64,000 nucleotides of DNA from Pseudomonadota bacterium (GTDB lineage: Bacteria; Pseudomonadota; Alphaproteobacteria; Sphingomonadales; Sphingomonadaceae): NCBI GenBank assembly GCA_029550345.1, contig JAKPHK010000076.1, positions 724 to 64,723 of the forward strand, given 5' to 3'. The notes under the pieces are model-generated. The model was given only the letters and a program-made list of their open reading frames with translations. It made no database searches and was not told the origin of the DNA. The translations under genes were made by a program, and so were the position numbers. Below are positions 19,221-28,897 of this stretch, one piece after another. Numbering within the stretch: the stretch's first letter is position 1; each line of letters starts with the position of its first letter.

Positions 19221-20014
19221 TATTGCTGCCTTGCTGAATGCACGGCATCGGCCAGCGCGCGCGTCAACTCACGCACCGGACCCGCCGCGGCAGTGCCGTG
19301 CTGGCCAACCAGATCAACCAGCGCCGAGCCGACTACCACGCCGTCTGCCACCCGGGCGAAGGCGGCGGCCTGCTCTGGCGTGCGCACGCCAAAGCCAACC
19401 GCGACCGGGATGGTCGCCTTGGCCTTGATCCGCGCCATTGCGTCCTCGATCGAGGTGACGGCAGCCTGCTGCATTCCGGTGATCCCGGCGACCGAGACAT
19501 AGTAGAGAAACCCGGACGAACCATCCAAAACGGCGGGCAGCCGGGCATCGTCGGTCGTCGGCGTGGCGAGGCGGATCAGGCTGACGCCAACGGCGCGCAG
19601 GGCTGGGCCAAGCTCGGCATCTTCCTCGGGCGGGATATCGACGCAAATCACCCCGTCCACCCCGGCCTTGCGACATTCTGCGGCAAACCAGTCTGCCCCG
19701 CGCACGGTCATCGGGTTGGCATAGCCCATCAACACCAGCGGCACATCGGGATGCTTTTCGCGGAACCGCGCGGCGATGTGGAACACGTCGGCAGTGGTGG
19801 TCCCGGCCCCCAGGCTGCGCAGGTTGGCCGCCTGGATCGCCGGGCCATCGGCCATCGGATCGGTGAAGGGCATCCCCAGCTCGATCACGTCAGCGCCGCC
19901 CTCAACCAGGGCATCAAGGATCGCAGGCGTCGTTTCGGGCGTGGGATCGCCCCCGGTCACGAATGTGACGAGAGCCGGGCGACCCTTGGCAAAGGCAGAC
20001 TGAAGACGGGTCAT
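19220..20014 (-). CDS. trpA: Tryptophan synthase alpha chain
   Basis: IELGMPFTDPMADGPAIQ, LMGYAN, YYVSVAGITG, VGFG, DGVVVGSA. Confidence 0.97.
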   Translation of the reverse strand: MTRLQSAFAKGRPALVTFVTGGDPTPETTPAILDALVEGGADVIELGMPFTDPMADGPAIQAANLRSLGAGTTTADVFHIAARFREKHPDVPLVLMGYANPMTVRGADWFAAECRKAGVDGVICVDIPPEEDAELGPALRAVGVSLIRLATPTTDDARLPAVLDGSSGFLYYVSVAGITGMQQAAVTSIEDAMARIKAKATIPVAVGFGVRTPEQAAAFARVADGVVVGSALVDLVGQHGTAAAGPVRELTRALADAVHSARQQ

Positions 20015-20205
20015 TGCGTGTTCCCGCTGCGGGCAAAGCGCGCGAAAGAGAAGATGGCGGCGGCGCCGATCGGCATGGCGATATCCTGCCACAGCAGCGG
20101 CAGAAACGGCGTGCCGCCGATAACCTTGATTACCTGAACCAGCGCGAACAGGCTGGTCCCGGCGATTACGAACTGAACAAGTGCGGCTTGCAGGCGCGGG
20201 TTCAC
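20011..20205 (-). CDS. Small hypothetical membrane protein (64 aa, two TM segments)
   Basis: GTG start overlaps the trpB stop, stop overlaps the trpA ATG; hydrophobic sequence. Confidence 0.65.
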   Translation of the reverse strand: MNPRLQAALVQFVIAGTSLFALVQVIKVIGGTPFLPLLWQDIAMPIGAAAIFSFARFARSGNTQ

Positions 20206-21419
20206 AGCCGTACCCCCAGATGCTCCGCCACGGCGAAGATGTCCTTGTCCCCACGCCCGCACAGGTTGGCGAGGATGATCTGATCCTTGCCCATGGTTGG
20301 CGCGACCTTCTTCACCGCAGCAATCGCATGGCTGGGCTCCAGCGCGGGGATGATGCCTTCGGTGCGGCACAGCAGCTGGAAGGCATCCAGCGCCTCATCA
20401 TCGGTAACGCTGGTATAGTCCACCCGGCCGACATCGCGCAGCCAGGCGTGTTCCGGCCCAATCCCGGGATAGTCGAGCCCGGCGCTGATCGAGTGGCCTT
20501 CGATGATTTGTCCGTCCGCATCCTGCAGCAGGTAGGTCTTGTTGCCGTGGAGAATGCCGGGACGACCACCTGCCAGCGACGCGGCATGATCCTTGTCGAG
20601 ACCGTAGCCCGCGGCTTCGACGCCGAGCATCTTTACATCGGCATCGTCAAGGAAGGGATGAAACAGCCCGATCGCATTGCTGCCACCGCCGATCGCGGCG
20701 ACCAGCAGATCGGGCAGGCGGCCGGTGCGCGCCAGCATCTGGGCGCGGGCTTCCTTACCGATCACGCTTTGGAAATCGCGGACCAGCTCGGGGTAGGGGT
20801 GCGGACCGGCGGCGGTGCCGATGATGTAGAACGTGTCGTGGACGTTGGCGACCCAGTGGCGCAGCGCCTCGTTCATCGCGTCCTTCAGCGTCGCGGCCCC
20901 GGCGGTGACAGGCACCACCTCTGCGCCGAGCAGCTTCATGCGGAAAACGTTGGGCTGCTGGCGGGCGACGTCGGTCGCGCCCATGAACACGGTGCAGGGC
21001 AGGCCGAAGCGCGCAGCGACGGTGGCGGTGGCAACGCCATGCTGGCCCGCGCCGGTTTCGGCGATGATCTTGGTCTTGCCCATCCGCATCGCCAGCAGGA
21101 TCTGGCCGATGCAGTTGTTGATCTTGTGCGCGCCGGTGTGATTGAGCTCGTCGCGCTTGAACCAGACCTGCGCCCCGCCGAGTTCTTCTGTCAGCCGCGG
21201 GGCGAAATAGAGCGGGCTGGGCCGGCCAACGTAGTGTTCAAGCAGATCGTCAAATTCGGCCTGAAACGCCGGATCGACCTTTGCAGCATTGTATTCCCGT
21301 TCAAGGTCGAGAATCAGCGGCATCAGCGTTTCTGCGACATAGCGCCCGCCGAACTGGCCAAAATGCCCGCGCTCGTCAGGCTGATTGCGAAAAGAATTTT
21401 TGGACAGATTTTCGGTCAT
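20202..21419 (-). CDS. trpB: Tryptophan synthase beta chain
   Basis: [44 protein letters not shown]. Confidence 0.98.
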   Translation of the reverse strand: MTENLSKNSFRNQPDERGHFGQFGGRYVAETLMPLILDLEREYNAAKVDPAFQAEFDDLLEHYVGRPSPLYFAPRLTEELGGAQVWFKRDELNHTGAHKINNCIGQILLAMRMGKTKIIAETGAGQHGVATATVAARFGLPCTVFMGATDVARQQPNVFRMKLLGAEVVPVTAGAATLKDAMNEALRHWVANVHDTFYIIGTAAGPHPYPELVRDFQSVIGKEARAQMLARTGRLPDLLVAAIGGGSNAIGLFHPFLDDADVKMLGVEAAGYGLDKDHAASLAGGRPGILHGNKTYLLQDADGQIIEGHSISAGLDYPGIGPEHAWLRDVGRVDYTSVTDDEALDAFQLLCRTEGIIPALEPSHAIAAVKKVAPTMGKDQIILANLCGRGDKDIFAVAEHLGVRL

Positions 21420-21481
21420 CACGGGGCCAGCGATTGGCAGAGTGGCGTAGGGAAGTCCAGTCAAACCGATGACTTGTCTGG

Positions 21482-21540
21482 TTAAACGCTGCGTAAGAAA
21501 CGTACACTCATGGCTGGATATATGTTGCAAGAATGTCACA
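21482..21540. promoter_or_regulatory. Regulatory motifs in the trpB/omp divergent region: CtrA-like TTAA-N7-GTAA (21482-21496) and pseudo-palindrome TGTTGC-N6-GTCACA (21523-21540)
   Basis: Motifs read directly in an AT-rich intergenic region; binding proteins not identified. Confidence 0.35.
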
Positions 21541-21652
21541 TATGAACATTGATGCGTAATTTCTGAACGCCTGGTTCATCGCAATGCAAGCTGGCGATTC
21601 CTACCTAGCTCCTCGACCCCTTTACCGGGGCTGAATTTAAAAGGAGTTTTCC

Positions 21653-22114
21653 ATGCGCAAGTTCATCCTCCCGCTGCTGGCCTCGCTGGCGGTTGCCACT
21701 CCGGCCCTGGCCGACGAAACCCGCGTCGAAGTGCGCGGCGGTGCGATCTGGTCTGATGGCACCACCGAAGACACCTGGGGCGCTGCCGCCGGTTTTGATC
21801 ACGATCTGGGCGCGAACGCCTTTGCCGGTTTCGAAGTCTCGGGTGACAAGATCGGCACTTCGGGCACCAAGGTTGCCTGGGGCCTGACCGGTCGTCTGGG
21901 CGTCAAGGCTGCGCCGGGCACCAAGGTTTTCGCCACCGGCGGTTACACCACCGAACCGTGCGACCTGTGTGAAGACAGCTGGCACGCCGGCGCCGGGATC
22001 GAACAGAACATCAGCGGTCCGTTTTTCGTGAAGGCTGAATACCGTCACCACTTCGTCGGCAATGCTGTTCCGGATTCGGACGCGGTTGTCGCCGGTGTCG
22101 GCATCAAGTTCTGA
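21653..22114 (+). CDS. Small outer-membrane beta-barrel protein
   Basis: Signal peptide ending ATPALA, alternating beta strands, KAEYRH, C-terminal VGIKF; AAGGAG RBS. Confidence 0.88.
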   Translation: MRKFILPLLASLAVATPALADETRVEVRGGAIWSDGTTEDTWGAAAGFDHDLGANAFAGFEVSGDKIGTSGTKVAWGLTGRLGVKAAPGTKVFATGGYTTEPCDLCEDSWHAGAGIEQNISGPFFVKAEYRHHFVGNAVPDSDAVVAGVGIKF

Positions 22115-22140
22115 TCCCAGCGATCGGGAATACCAAATGC

Positions 22141-22172
22141 GAAGGGCGGGCCGTAAACGGTCCGCCCTTTTG
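22141..22172. terminator. Hairpin terminator between convergent omp and trpF
   Basis: GAAGGGCGGGCCG-TAAA-CGGTCCGCCCTTTT. Confidence 0.75.
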
Positions 22173-22817
22173 CTATGCGCTGCGTGCCGCCGCGCAAAAG
22201 GCCGCGATCAGGGCCGGGTCCTTGATCCCGGGCGCGCTTTCGATACCCGAGGCGGCATCGACCAGCGCCGCACCGGTCCGCCGCACCGCTTCGGCGACGT
22301 TGCCGGGATTGAGCCCGCCGGCCAGCCCCCAGGGCAGCGGTGCCTTCCAGCCGGCAAGCAGTCCCCAATCGAATTTCAGGCCCATTCCGCCGGGCAGGGC
22401 GCCCTTCGGGGTCTTGGCATCAAGCAACAGAAAGTCGGCAGCCCCGACATAGGCGGAGGCGCGTTCAAGGTCGCTTGCGCTCGCTACCGACAGGACCATC
22501 CATACCGGCAAGCCGAACCTGGTGCGCGCCTGGCTCAGCCGTTCAGGGCTCTCCGCGCCGTGGAACTGCAAGGCGTCGAGCCCGACCGCATCGGTCAGCT
22601 CGCTCAGCGTCTCGTCGCTCGGATCTACCACGACGCCAACCCTGGTCAGCGTCCCGGCTGCTTGCGCCGAAAGCCGGGCAGCCAGCCCGGTCGCGGCATA
22701 GCGAGGCGAGGGGGGATAGAAATTGAACCCGACGTGGCTGGCCCGCGCCGCCATCGCGGCCTCGAGCGCATCGGCGGTGGTGATCCCGCAGATCTTGATG
22801 TGAGGGGCCGGGTGCAT
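22173..22817 (-). CDS. trpF: Phosphoribosylanthranilate isomerase
   Basis: IKICGIT, LQFHGAE, LLLDAK, LAGGLNPGNV, VDAASGIE. Confidence 0.96.
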   Translation of the reverse strand: MHPAPHIKICGITTADALEAAMAARASHVGFNFYPPSPRYAATGLAARLSAQAAGTLTRVGVVVDPSDETLSELTDAVGLDALQFHGAESPERLSQARTRFGLPVWMVLSVASASDLERASAYVGAADFLLLDAKTPKGALPGGMGLKFDWGLLAGWKAPLPWGLAGGLNPGNVAEAVRRTGAALVDAASGIESAPGIKDPALIAAFCAAARSA

Positions 22818-22842
22818 TGCCCGGCCCCTAGCCCAGCGGGTT

Positions 22843-23589
22843 TCAGGGCGCCAGTTCGAACTGCACGGTCAGGTTGACCTGTGCCTCAACCTCACCCGCG
22901 GCGACCGGGGTAGAGGCCGGGGCGGCCTCGGCCATGGCGTATTTGGCATAGACCGGGCCGGTAGGGGCATAGCCGCCATTTTCACTGATCGAGATGATCC
23001 GCACCACCCGCAGCCCGGCTGCGCGGGCATAGAGATCGGCGCGGGCGCGCGCGGCCTTCATGGCCCCGACGCGGGCTTCATCAGTAGCTGCGCTGGGATC
23101 GGACATCTGGAACGAAGGCCCGCTGACCTGGTTCGCGCCAGAACTGACCAATGCGTCCAGCACCTTGCCGAAGCCCTTGATGTCGCGGCTGCGGACCATC
23201 ACCGTATTGTTGGCCTGATAGCCGACGATCCGCGGCTCCTGCACGACCTGCCCGTTGGGGCCGATCACCGGTTGGCCATAGACCGGGTTGAGGCTGATCT
23301 GGCTGGTCTGGATGTCCTTGTCGGCGATCCCGACTTTCGTCAGCGTGGCGATCACCTTGTTCATTGCCAGGGCATTGGCGGCAAGCGCCTCGCTGGCGGT
23401 GCGCCCTTCGCTCACCACCCCGGCGCTGAACAGCGCGATATCGGGCGTGCGGGTGGATTTCCCCTCGCTGGTAACGGTCAGCAGCGTGCCGGTCGCGGCG
23501 ATGGCGGGTTGATCGGAATGGGCTGCGGCAATGCCGGGCAGGGCAATCGCGGCGGCAATCGGGGCAAAGGCAAATGCAATTGACTTCAT
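22843..23589 (-). CDS. SIMPL (DUF541) periplasmic protein
   Basis: Signal peptide; PDIALFSAGVV, DIQTSQISLNP, GANQVSGPSF, AKARARA-type helix, GEVE..V.V.FEL. Confidence 0.9.
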   Translation of the reverse strand: MKSIAFAFAPIAAAIALPGIAAAHSDQPAIAATGTLLTVTSEGKSTRTPDIALFSAGVVSEGRTASEALAANALAMNKVIATLTKVGIADKDIQTSQISLNPVYGQPVIGPNGQVVQEPRIVGYQANNTVMVRSRDIKGFGKVLDALVSSGANQVSGPSFQMSDPSAATDEARVGAMKAARARADLYARAAGLRVVRIISISENGGYAPTGPVYAKYAMAEAAPASTPVAAGEVEAQVNLTVQFELAP

Positions 23590-23660
23590 GGTCCTACTCC
23601 TTTTGCCGTGGAGCTAGGCCGAGTTCCCTTGCGCCTTGCTGAACCTGATTTCGCTTGCCG

Positions 23661-24338
23661 TTACAGCGTTGCTTCGATCGCGCGGGCGGCAGCGGCAGGA
23701 TCTTCGGCGCGGGCGATCGGGCGGCCGATCACCAGCACGCTGGCCCCGGCATCTCGCGCCTGACGCGGGGTAACCGCGCGTTTCTGATCGCCCAGCTTGG
23801 CATCTGCCGGGCGCAGGCCTGGAACCACCAGGAAACCATCGCGCCATAGCGAATGGACCGCGGCCACCTCGTGTCCGGAACAGACGATGCCATCGAGGCC
23901 CGCCTCGCGCGAGAGTTCGGCCAGTCGGATCACTTGATCGTGCGGGGTGCCGCCGATTCCGGTTGCGGCCATGTCGCCCCCGTCAAGGCTGGTCAGCAGA
24001 GTGACGCCCACAACCTTGCAACCTTCGCCGGCTGCGGCCTTGGCATCTTCCATCATTGCCCGCCCGCCCGAGGCGTGAACGGTCACGATCGCCGGCTCAA
24101 GCACATGGATCGCCTGCATCGCCCCGGCAACGGTGTTGGGAATATCGTGCAGCTTGAGATCAAGGAAGATCGGCAGGCCGAGCTTGTGAACTTCCAGCAC
24201 GCCGTGGTGTCCGTGGGCGCAGAAGAACTCCAGCCCCAACTTCACCCCGCCGATATGCGCCTTGGCCTTCTGGGCCACGGCGATTGCGGTATCGAGACGC
24301 GGAAAATCGAGCGCGAGGTAGATCGGGTTGGTGTTCAT
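23661..24338 (-). CDS. pyrF: Orotidine-5'-phosphate decarboxylase
   Basis: FLDLKLHDIPNTV, TVHASGG, VPGLRP, DQKR, VIGRPI. Confidence 0.97.
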   Translation of the reverse strand: MNTNPIYLALDFPRLDTAIAVAQKAKAHIGGVKLGLEFFCAHGHHGVLEVHKLGLPIFLDLKLHDIPNTVAGAMQAIHVLEPAIVTVHASGGRAMMEDAKAAAGEGCKVVGVTLLTSLDGGDMAATGIGGTPHDQVIRLAELSREAGLDGIVCSGHEVAAVHSLWRDGFLVVPGLRPADAKLGDQKRAVTPRQARDAGASVLVIGRPIARAEDPAAAARAIEATL

Positions 24339-24673
24339 AGCGATGACGTCGGCTGTTCCTGAGCGGCTTGTTCAAGCTGGGTGGTGGTGGCGACCACGGT
24401 GGGTTCGCCCTGGGATGAGGACTTGACGGTGTTCTCAAGGAAGTTGATCCGCCGGTTTAGCCGCCAGCGCGCGCCCTTGTGGAGAAGCCACATCGGCAGA
24501 AAGCCGAGAGCCATCGAGATCAGCACGATGAAGCCCACCGGCCATTCAAGATGGACGTAATTGCCATCCGCGAGCGGCCAGAGGTTGAGCGAAACGGGTT
24601 CCCAGTTGATCGCCACAAAAGCGACCAGTGCGATTGTAAACAGCAAAAGGATCAGAGTGCGGATCAGTTGCAT
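24335..24673 (-). CDS. LapA-family membrane protein
   Basis: Two TM segments, FVAIN..PV.L..WP, basic segment after TM2; upstream of pyrF. Confidence 0.75.
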   Translation of the reverse strand: MQLIRTLILLLFTIALVAFVAINWEPVSLNLWPLADGNYVHLEWPVGFIVLISMALGFLPMWLLHKGARWRLNRRINFLENTVKSSSQGEPTVVATTTQLEQAAQEQPTSSL

Positions 24674-24750
24674 GGGGTATCCTCCCTTGCCGATGCGATG
24701 TCTTGACGGCGATGCTAGGCAAGAACCGGCGTCAAGGGAAGGGCGCTTGA

Positions 24751-26064
24751 TCACTCGCCGAAAACCCGCGCGAAAATCGTGTCGATCGCCTTGAAGTGAT
24801 AGTCGAGGTTGAATTTTTCCTCGATCTCTGCGGGGGACAGCGCCGCGGTGACCTCCGGGTCGGCCTTGAGCAATTCCAGCAGGCTGAGCTGCCCGTCAGA
24901 TTCCCAAACCTTCATCGCGTTGCGCTGAACCAGACGGTAAGCCGCGTCGCGCTCAAGCCCGGCCTGGGTCAGCGCCAGCAAGACCCGCTGCGAATGAACC
25001 AGGCCGCCCATCTTATCGAGGTTCTTCTGCATCCGCTCAGGGTAAACGACCAGCTTGTCCACCACGCTGGTCAGCCGGGCGAGGGCGAAATCGAGCGTGA
25101 TCGTCGCGTCCGGGCCAATGAAGCGCTCAACCGAAGAGTGGCTGATATCGCGTTCATGCCACAGCGCGACGTTTTCCAGTGCCGGGGTGACGGCCGAGCG
25201 GACCATCCGCGCCAGACCGGTGAGGTTTTCGGTCAGCACCGGATTGCGCTTGTGCGGCATAGCCGAGCTGCCCTTTTGTCCGGGTGAGAAATATTCCTCT
25301 GCCTCAAGCACTTCGGTGCGTTGCAGGTGGCGGATTTCAACGGCCAGCCGTTCGATGCTGCTGGCAATCACGCCCAGCGTCGCAAAGAACATCGCATGGC
25401 GATCGCGCGGGATCACCTGTGTGCTCACCGGCTCTGCGGTAAGGCCCAGCTTTTCGGCAACATATTCCTCAACCGAAGGGTCGATATTGGCGAAAGTGCC
25501 AACCGCACCGGAAATGGCACAGGTCGCTATTTCTGCGCGCGCCGCCAGCAGGCGGGTCTTGCAGCGGCTGAATTCGGCATAGGCTTCGGCGAGCTTCTTG
25601 CCGAAGGTAGTCGGCTCGGCATGGATGCCGTGGCTGCGGCCGATCGTCGGAGTAAACTTGTGCTCCAGCGCGCGGCGCTTGATCGCGGCAAGCAGGGCAT
25701 CAAGGTCTTCGAGCAGCAGGTCGCTGGCCCGGGCCAGCTGCACCGCCAGCGTGGTATCGAGCACGTCGCTGCTGGTCATACCCTGGTGCATGAAGCGCGC
25801 CTCGGGCCCGACCTGCTGGGAAACCCAGTCAAGGAAGGCAATCACGTCATGCTTGGTAACGGCCTCGATCGCGTCGATCGCGGCAACATCGATGGCCGGG
25901 CTCGTCGCCCACCAGTCCCACAGCGCCTTGGCCCCGCTGGTCGGGACAACGCCCAGTTCGCCCAGCTTCTCGGTGGCATGGGCCTCAATCTCGAACCAGA
26001 TGCGATAGCGCGCCTCCGGCTCCCAGATCGCGGTCATTGCGGGGCGGGCGTAACGGGGGACCAT
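24751..26064 (-). CDS. purB: Adenylosuccinate lyase
   Basis: MVPRY, TSSD, GRSHGIHAEPTT, GSSAMPHKRNP. Confidence 0.98.
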   Translation of the reverse strand: MVPRYARPAMTAIWEPEARYRIWFEIEAHATEKLGELGVVPTSGAKALWDWWATSPAIDVAAIDAIEAVTKHDVIAFLDWVSQQVGPEARFMHQGMTSSDVLDTTLAVQLARASDLLLEDLDALLAAIKRRALEHKFTPTIGRSHGIHAEPTTFGKKLAEAYAEFSRCKTRLLAARAEIATCAISGAVGTFANIDPSVEEYVAEKLGLTAEPVSTQVIPRDRHAMFFATLGVIASSIERLAVEIRHLQRTEVLEAEEYFSPGQKGSSAMPHKRNPVLTENLTGLARMVRSAVTPALENVALWHERDISHSSVERFIGPDATITLDFALARLTSVVDKLVVYPERMQKNLDKMGGLVHSQRVLLALTQAGLERDAAYRLVQRNAMKVWESDGQLSLLELLKADPEVTAALSPAEIEEKFNLDYHFKAIDTIFARVFGE

Positions 26065-26132
26065 GATCGACTCCTTCTGGGTATGCAGGAGCCGCTAAGG
26101 GCAGGGGCGCAAGGATGCAAGGGCGGGGCGGT

Positions 26133-26702
26133 TTATTCCTGCATCCGCAGCGCAACGTCGCTCATGAAGCGGGCGTCATCGCCCTTGGTAAGCCATTCCG
26201 CCTCCGCGGCGACCGCGCCGAGCATATCGGCCAGCGGGTCCATCTCGGCCTTGGCGTAGTTGCCGAGGACATAGCCGGTCACCCGATCTTTGTGACCGGG
26301 ATGCCCGATCCCGATCCGCACCCGGCGGAAATCGGGGCCAAGGTGCTGATCGATTGAGCGCAAACCATTATGCCCGGCGGTGCCGCCACCCTGCTTCACC
26401 TTGATCTTGAACGGAGCCAGATCAAGCTCGTCATGGAACACGGTCAGCGCATCGGTGCCAAGCTTATAGAACCGCAGCGCCTCTCCCACCGAACGGCCGC
26501 TTTCATTCATGAAAGTCGCCGGCTTGAGCAGCAGAACTTTCTCGGTCCCGATCCGCCCTTCCTGCAGCCAGCCCTGGAATTTCTTCTGGACCGGGCCAAA
26601 GCCATGCACCTCGGCCAGGGCATCGCAGACCATAAAGCCGACATTGTGCCGGTGCAGCACATATTGCGGGCCGGGATTGCCCAGGCCTACCCAGATCTGC
26701 AC
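26133..26702 (-). CDS. pth: Peptidyl-tRNA hydrolase
   Basis: VGLGNPG, RHNVGF, KPATFMNESG, HDELD, GHNGLRS. Confidence 0.97.
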   Translation of the reverse strand: MQIWVGLGNPGPQYVLHRHNVGFMVCDALAEVHGFGPVQKKFQGWLQEGRIGTEKVLLLKPATFMNESGRSVGEALRFYKLGTDALTVFHDELDLAPFKIKVKQGGGTAGHNGLRSIDQHLGPDFRRVRIGIGHPGHKDRVTGYVLGNYAKAEMDPLADMLGAVAAEAEWLTKGDDARFMSDVALRMQE

Positions 26703-26753
26703 GACATTGCCCCCTTTGATGCTGCAGCGATCACCAGATCGCTCCCCCGCCTT

Positions 26754-27206
26754 TTACCGGCTGATCGCCTTGTAGAAATCGTCTTCTGCACGTTGCGCAT
26801 TTTGCCAGCAAAGCGAAATTTCCTGGGCAAAGACATCTTTCGAGACAGCGCGAACTGCGGCGTATTCACGGTCAGCATTGGCCTTCTGGTTACCTGCCAT
26901 GAAGGCTGGCCCAAGCCGCCCGATGTAATAATGCACAGCCTGCGCGGTCCGTTCGGCCTGCACGCGGGCCTCTTCACGCTCGGCCGCCGGTTTGGTTTCG
27001 TCCCTTGCCATCTTGTCTGCCGTGCTGCTCATTGCCATCATTCGCACGGCGCAGCCAAGGTCCGAAGGAACCGGCACTGCCGCAGCTTGCTGCGCCGCAG
27101 CAGGAGAGGCCGTGAGGCTCACTGCCACGGCAACAACAGCAACAGCCGATGCCAGGATTCCAGCCACGGGCATTACCCGCCGCCGCGAAGCACCAAGCAT
27201 GGTCAT
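26754..27206 (-). CDS. Secreted hypothetical protein, paralogue 3 of a two-Cys tandem trio
   Basis: Signal peptide; DLGCAVR...YYIGRL...EISLC; ATG overlaps the upstream stop (ATGA). Confidence 0.75.
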   Translation of the reverse strand: MTMLGASRRRVMPVAGILASAVAVVAVAVSLTASPAAAQQAAAVPVPSDLGCAVRMMAMSSTADKMARDETKPAAEREEARVQAERTAQAVHYYIGRLGPAFMAGNQKANADREYAAVRAVSKDVFAQEISLCWQNAQRAEDDFYKAISR

Positions 27207-27631
27207 TTCGCTTCCTTCTTTTTCAAAGTTTGCAGGACTTGCGCTTGGTGCTGGCGCGAAAAATCGCGGCACAGGTCGATTTCCTTGATCATTTCATCGG
27301 TGCTGAGCTTCAGAAAACCTGAGAAAATCGCAAGGCCTTCTTCGGCGCGATCCGTCTTGGTTGGGGTCAGCTCAAGCCTCGCAAGAAAGTAAGCCTGATC
27401 GCGGCGAGCATCTGCGGCGGCAATTCGTGCCTCCGTTCGCGCGCTCTCACTCTTCGTCGTGTCCTGCGCGGCCTTGTCCAGCGTCATGCCCATGAACATG
27501 AAACGGACCGCGCAGCCAAGATCTCCGCCCGAAACGGCAGGGGTTTCAGTTGGTGCATTTTGCGCAATAGCGGGCGATGGGCTAATCGAAAGCAGTACTG
27601 CCAGGGTGGCGGCGATCGCTGGTTTGTTCAT
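27203..27631 (-). CDS. Secreted hypothetical protein, paralogue 2 of a two-Cys tandem trio
   Basis: Signal peptide ending PAIA; DLGCAVR...YFLARL...EIDLC. Confidence 0.75.
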   Translation of the reverse strand: MNKPAIAATLAVLLSISPSPAIAQNAPTETPAVSGGDLGCAVRFMFMGMTLDKAAQDTTKSESARTEARIAAADARRDQAYFLARLELTPTKTDRAEEGLAIFSGFLKLSTDEMIKEIDLCRDFSRQHQAQVLQTLKKKEAK

Positions 27632-27641
27632 AGTCACCCTC

Positions 27642-28046
27642 TCAATCCTTTTTGCTTTTGAAGCTGTCCATAACCCGCTTTTCGGCGACCTCGTACTGGC
27701 TGACGCAGGTCATCGTCTGATCGACCAACGTTTCATGGTCCTTGTCGGCCAGGGCGGAAATCTCCGTGAAAGCGGCGCTGAATGCCTGGCTGCGGTCAGC
27801 CTTGCCGGTGGCGTCGATCCGCGCTTCGTAATAGCCGAGCGCGCCGCGCATCTGCTCGACGAAACCATAGGTCCGGGCGCGGGCCTCTTCGGTTTTGGAG
27901 GTGTCCTTCGCGCTTTCACGCCCCTTGTTGATGAACCAAATCAGTCGCGCGGTGCAGCCGATGTCATCAACCGGAGCGGCGGCCGCAGCCAGCGAAGGCG
28001 AGGCCAGCGAAACAAGCGCAAGCGCGGCGATGGTGTGGCGAAGCAT
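27642..28046 (-). CDS. Secreted hypothetical protein, paralogue 1 of a two-Cys tandem trio
   Basis: Signal peptide ending PSLA; DIGCTAR...YYEARI...QTMTC. Confidence 0.75.
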   Translation of the reverse strand: MLRHTIAALALVSLASPSLAAAAAPVDDIGCTARLIWFINKGRESAKDTSKTEEARARTYGFVEQMRGALGYYEARIDATGKADRSQAFSAAFTEISALADKDHETLVDQTMTCVSQYEVAEKRVMDSFKSKKD

Positions 28047-28143
28047 AAGACGAGAACCCCTGACCAATGAAAAGCCGGACCGTGTTGCCACGGCCCGGCT
28101 TAATCTTGGCTGACAAAGCCCTGGGCGGTCAACCGCCCGAAAG

Positions 28144-28764
28144 TCAGGCTTCGGACCCGGCTTCGGTCTTGCTGTTATCGCCTTCTTCGCTGCGCAGGCC
28201 CGAAGGGGCAACGATGGTGGCGATGGTGAAGTCACGATCGGTGATCGCGCTCTTCGAACCAGCCGGAAGGGTCACGTGGCTGATGTGGATCGAATCACCG
28301 ACATCGAAACCGGTCACGTCGATCGCGATTTCTTCGGGGATCTTGTCGGCTTCACAAACCAGTTCAAGTTCGTGGCGGACGATGTTCAGCACGCCGCCGC
28401 GCTTCAGACCCGGCGAGGCTTCTTCGTTGGCGAAAGCCACCGGCACGTTGACGTGAACGGTCGAATCCTTCGACAGGCGCAGGAAATCGGCATGGAGCGG
28501 ACGATCGCTGACCGGGTGGAAGGCCACATCCTTGGGCAGGGTGCGCAGCTTCTTGCCGCCCACTTCCACTTCGACGATCGAGTTGAAGAAGTGGCCGGTG
28601 CCGAGCTGGCGGACCAGCAGCTTTTCTTCGACGTGGATCGCCAGGGGTTCTTCATTGCCGCCATAGACAACGGCGGGGACACGGCCATCACGACGCAGTG
28701 CACGGGAGGCTCCCTTGCCTGCCCGTTCGCGCGTCTCGGCCGGCAGGGTCAGCGTATCGCTCAT
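28144..28764 (-). CDS. rplY: 50S ribosomal protein bL25/Ctc
   Basis: [38 protein letters not shown]. Confidence 0.96.
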   Translation of the reverse strand: MSDTLTLPAETRERAGKGASRALRRDGRVPAVVYGGNEEPLAIHVEEKLLVRQLGTGHFFNSIVEVEVGGKKLRTLPKDVAFHPVSDRPLHADFLRLSKDSTVHVNVPVAFANEEASPGLKRGGVLNIVRHELELVCEADKIPEEIAIDVTGFDVGDSIHISHVTLPAGSKSAITDRDFTIATIVAPSGLRSEEGDNSKTEAGSEA

Positions 28765-28897
28765 AACTCAAGCCTTTCGAAAACTCTTGGTTGCAACATT
28801 TCTCCGCCACGCCTCCAGGGATGACCATGACGGGAGAAGCGCGGGCCGTTAGCGGCAAAGCGTGGGAAATGCAAGGGTAGAGCGCCGATTGGCCGCG

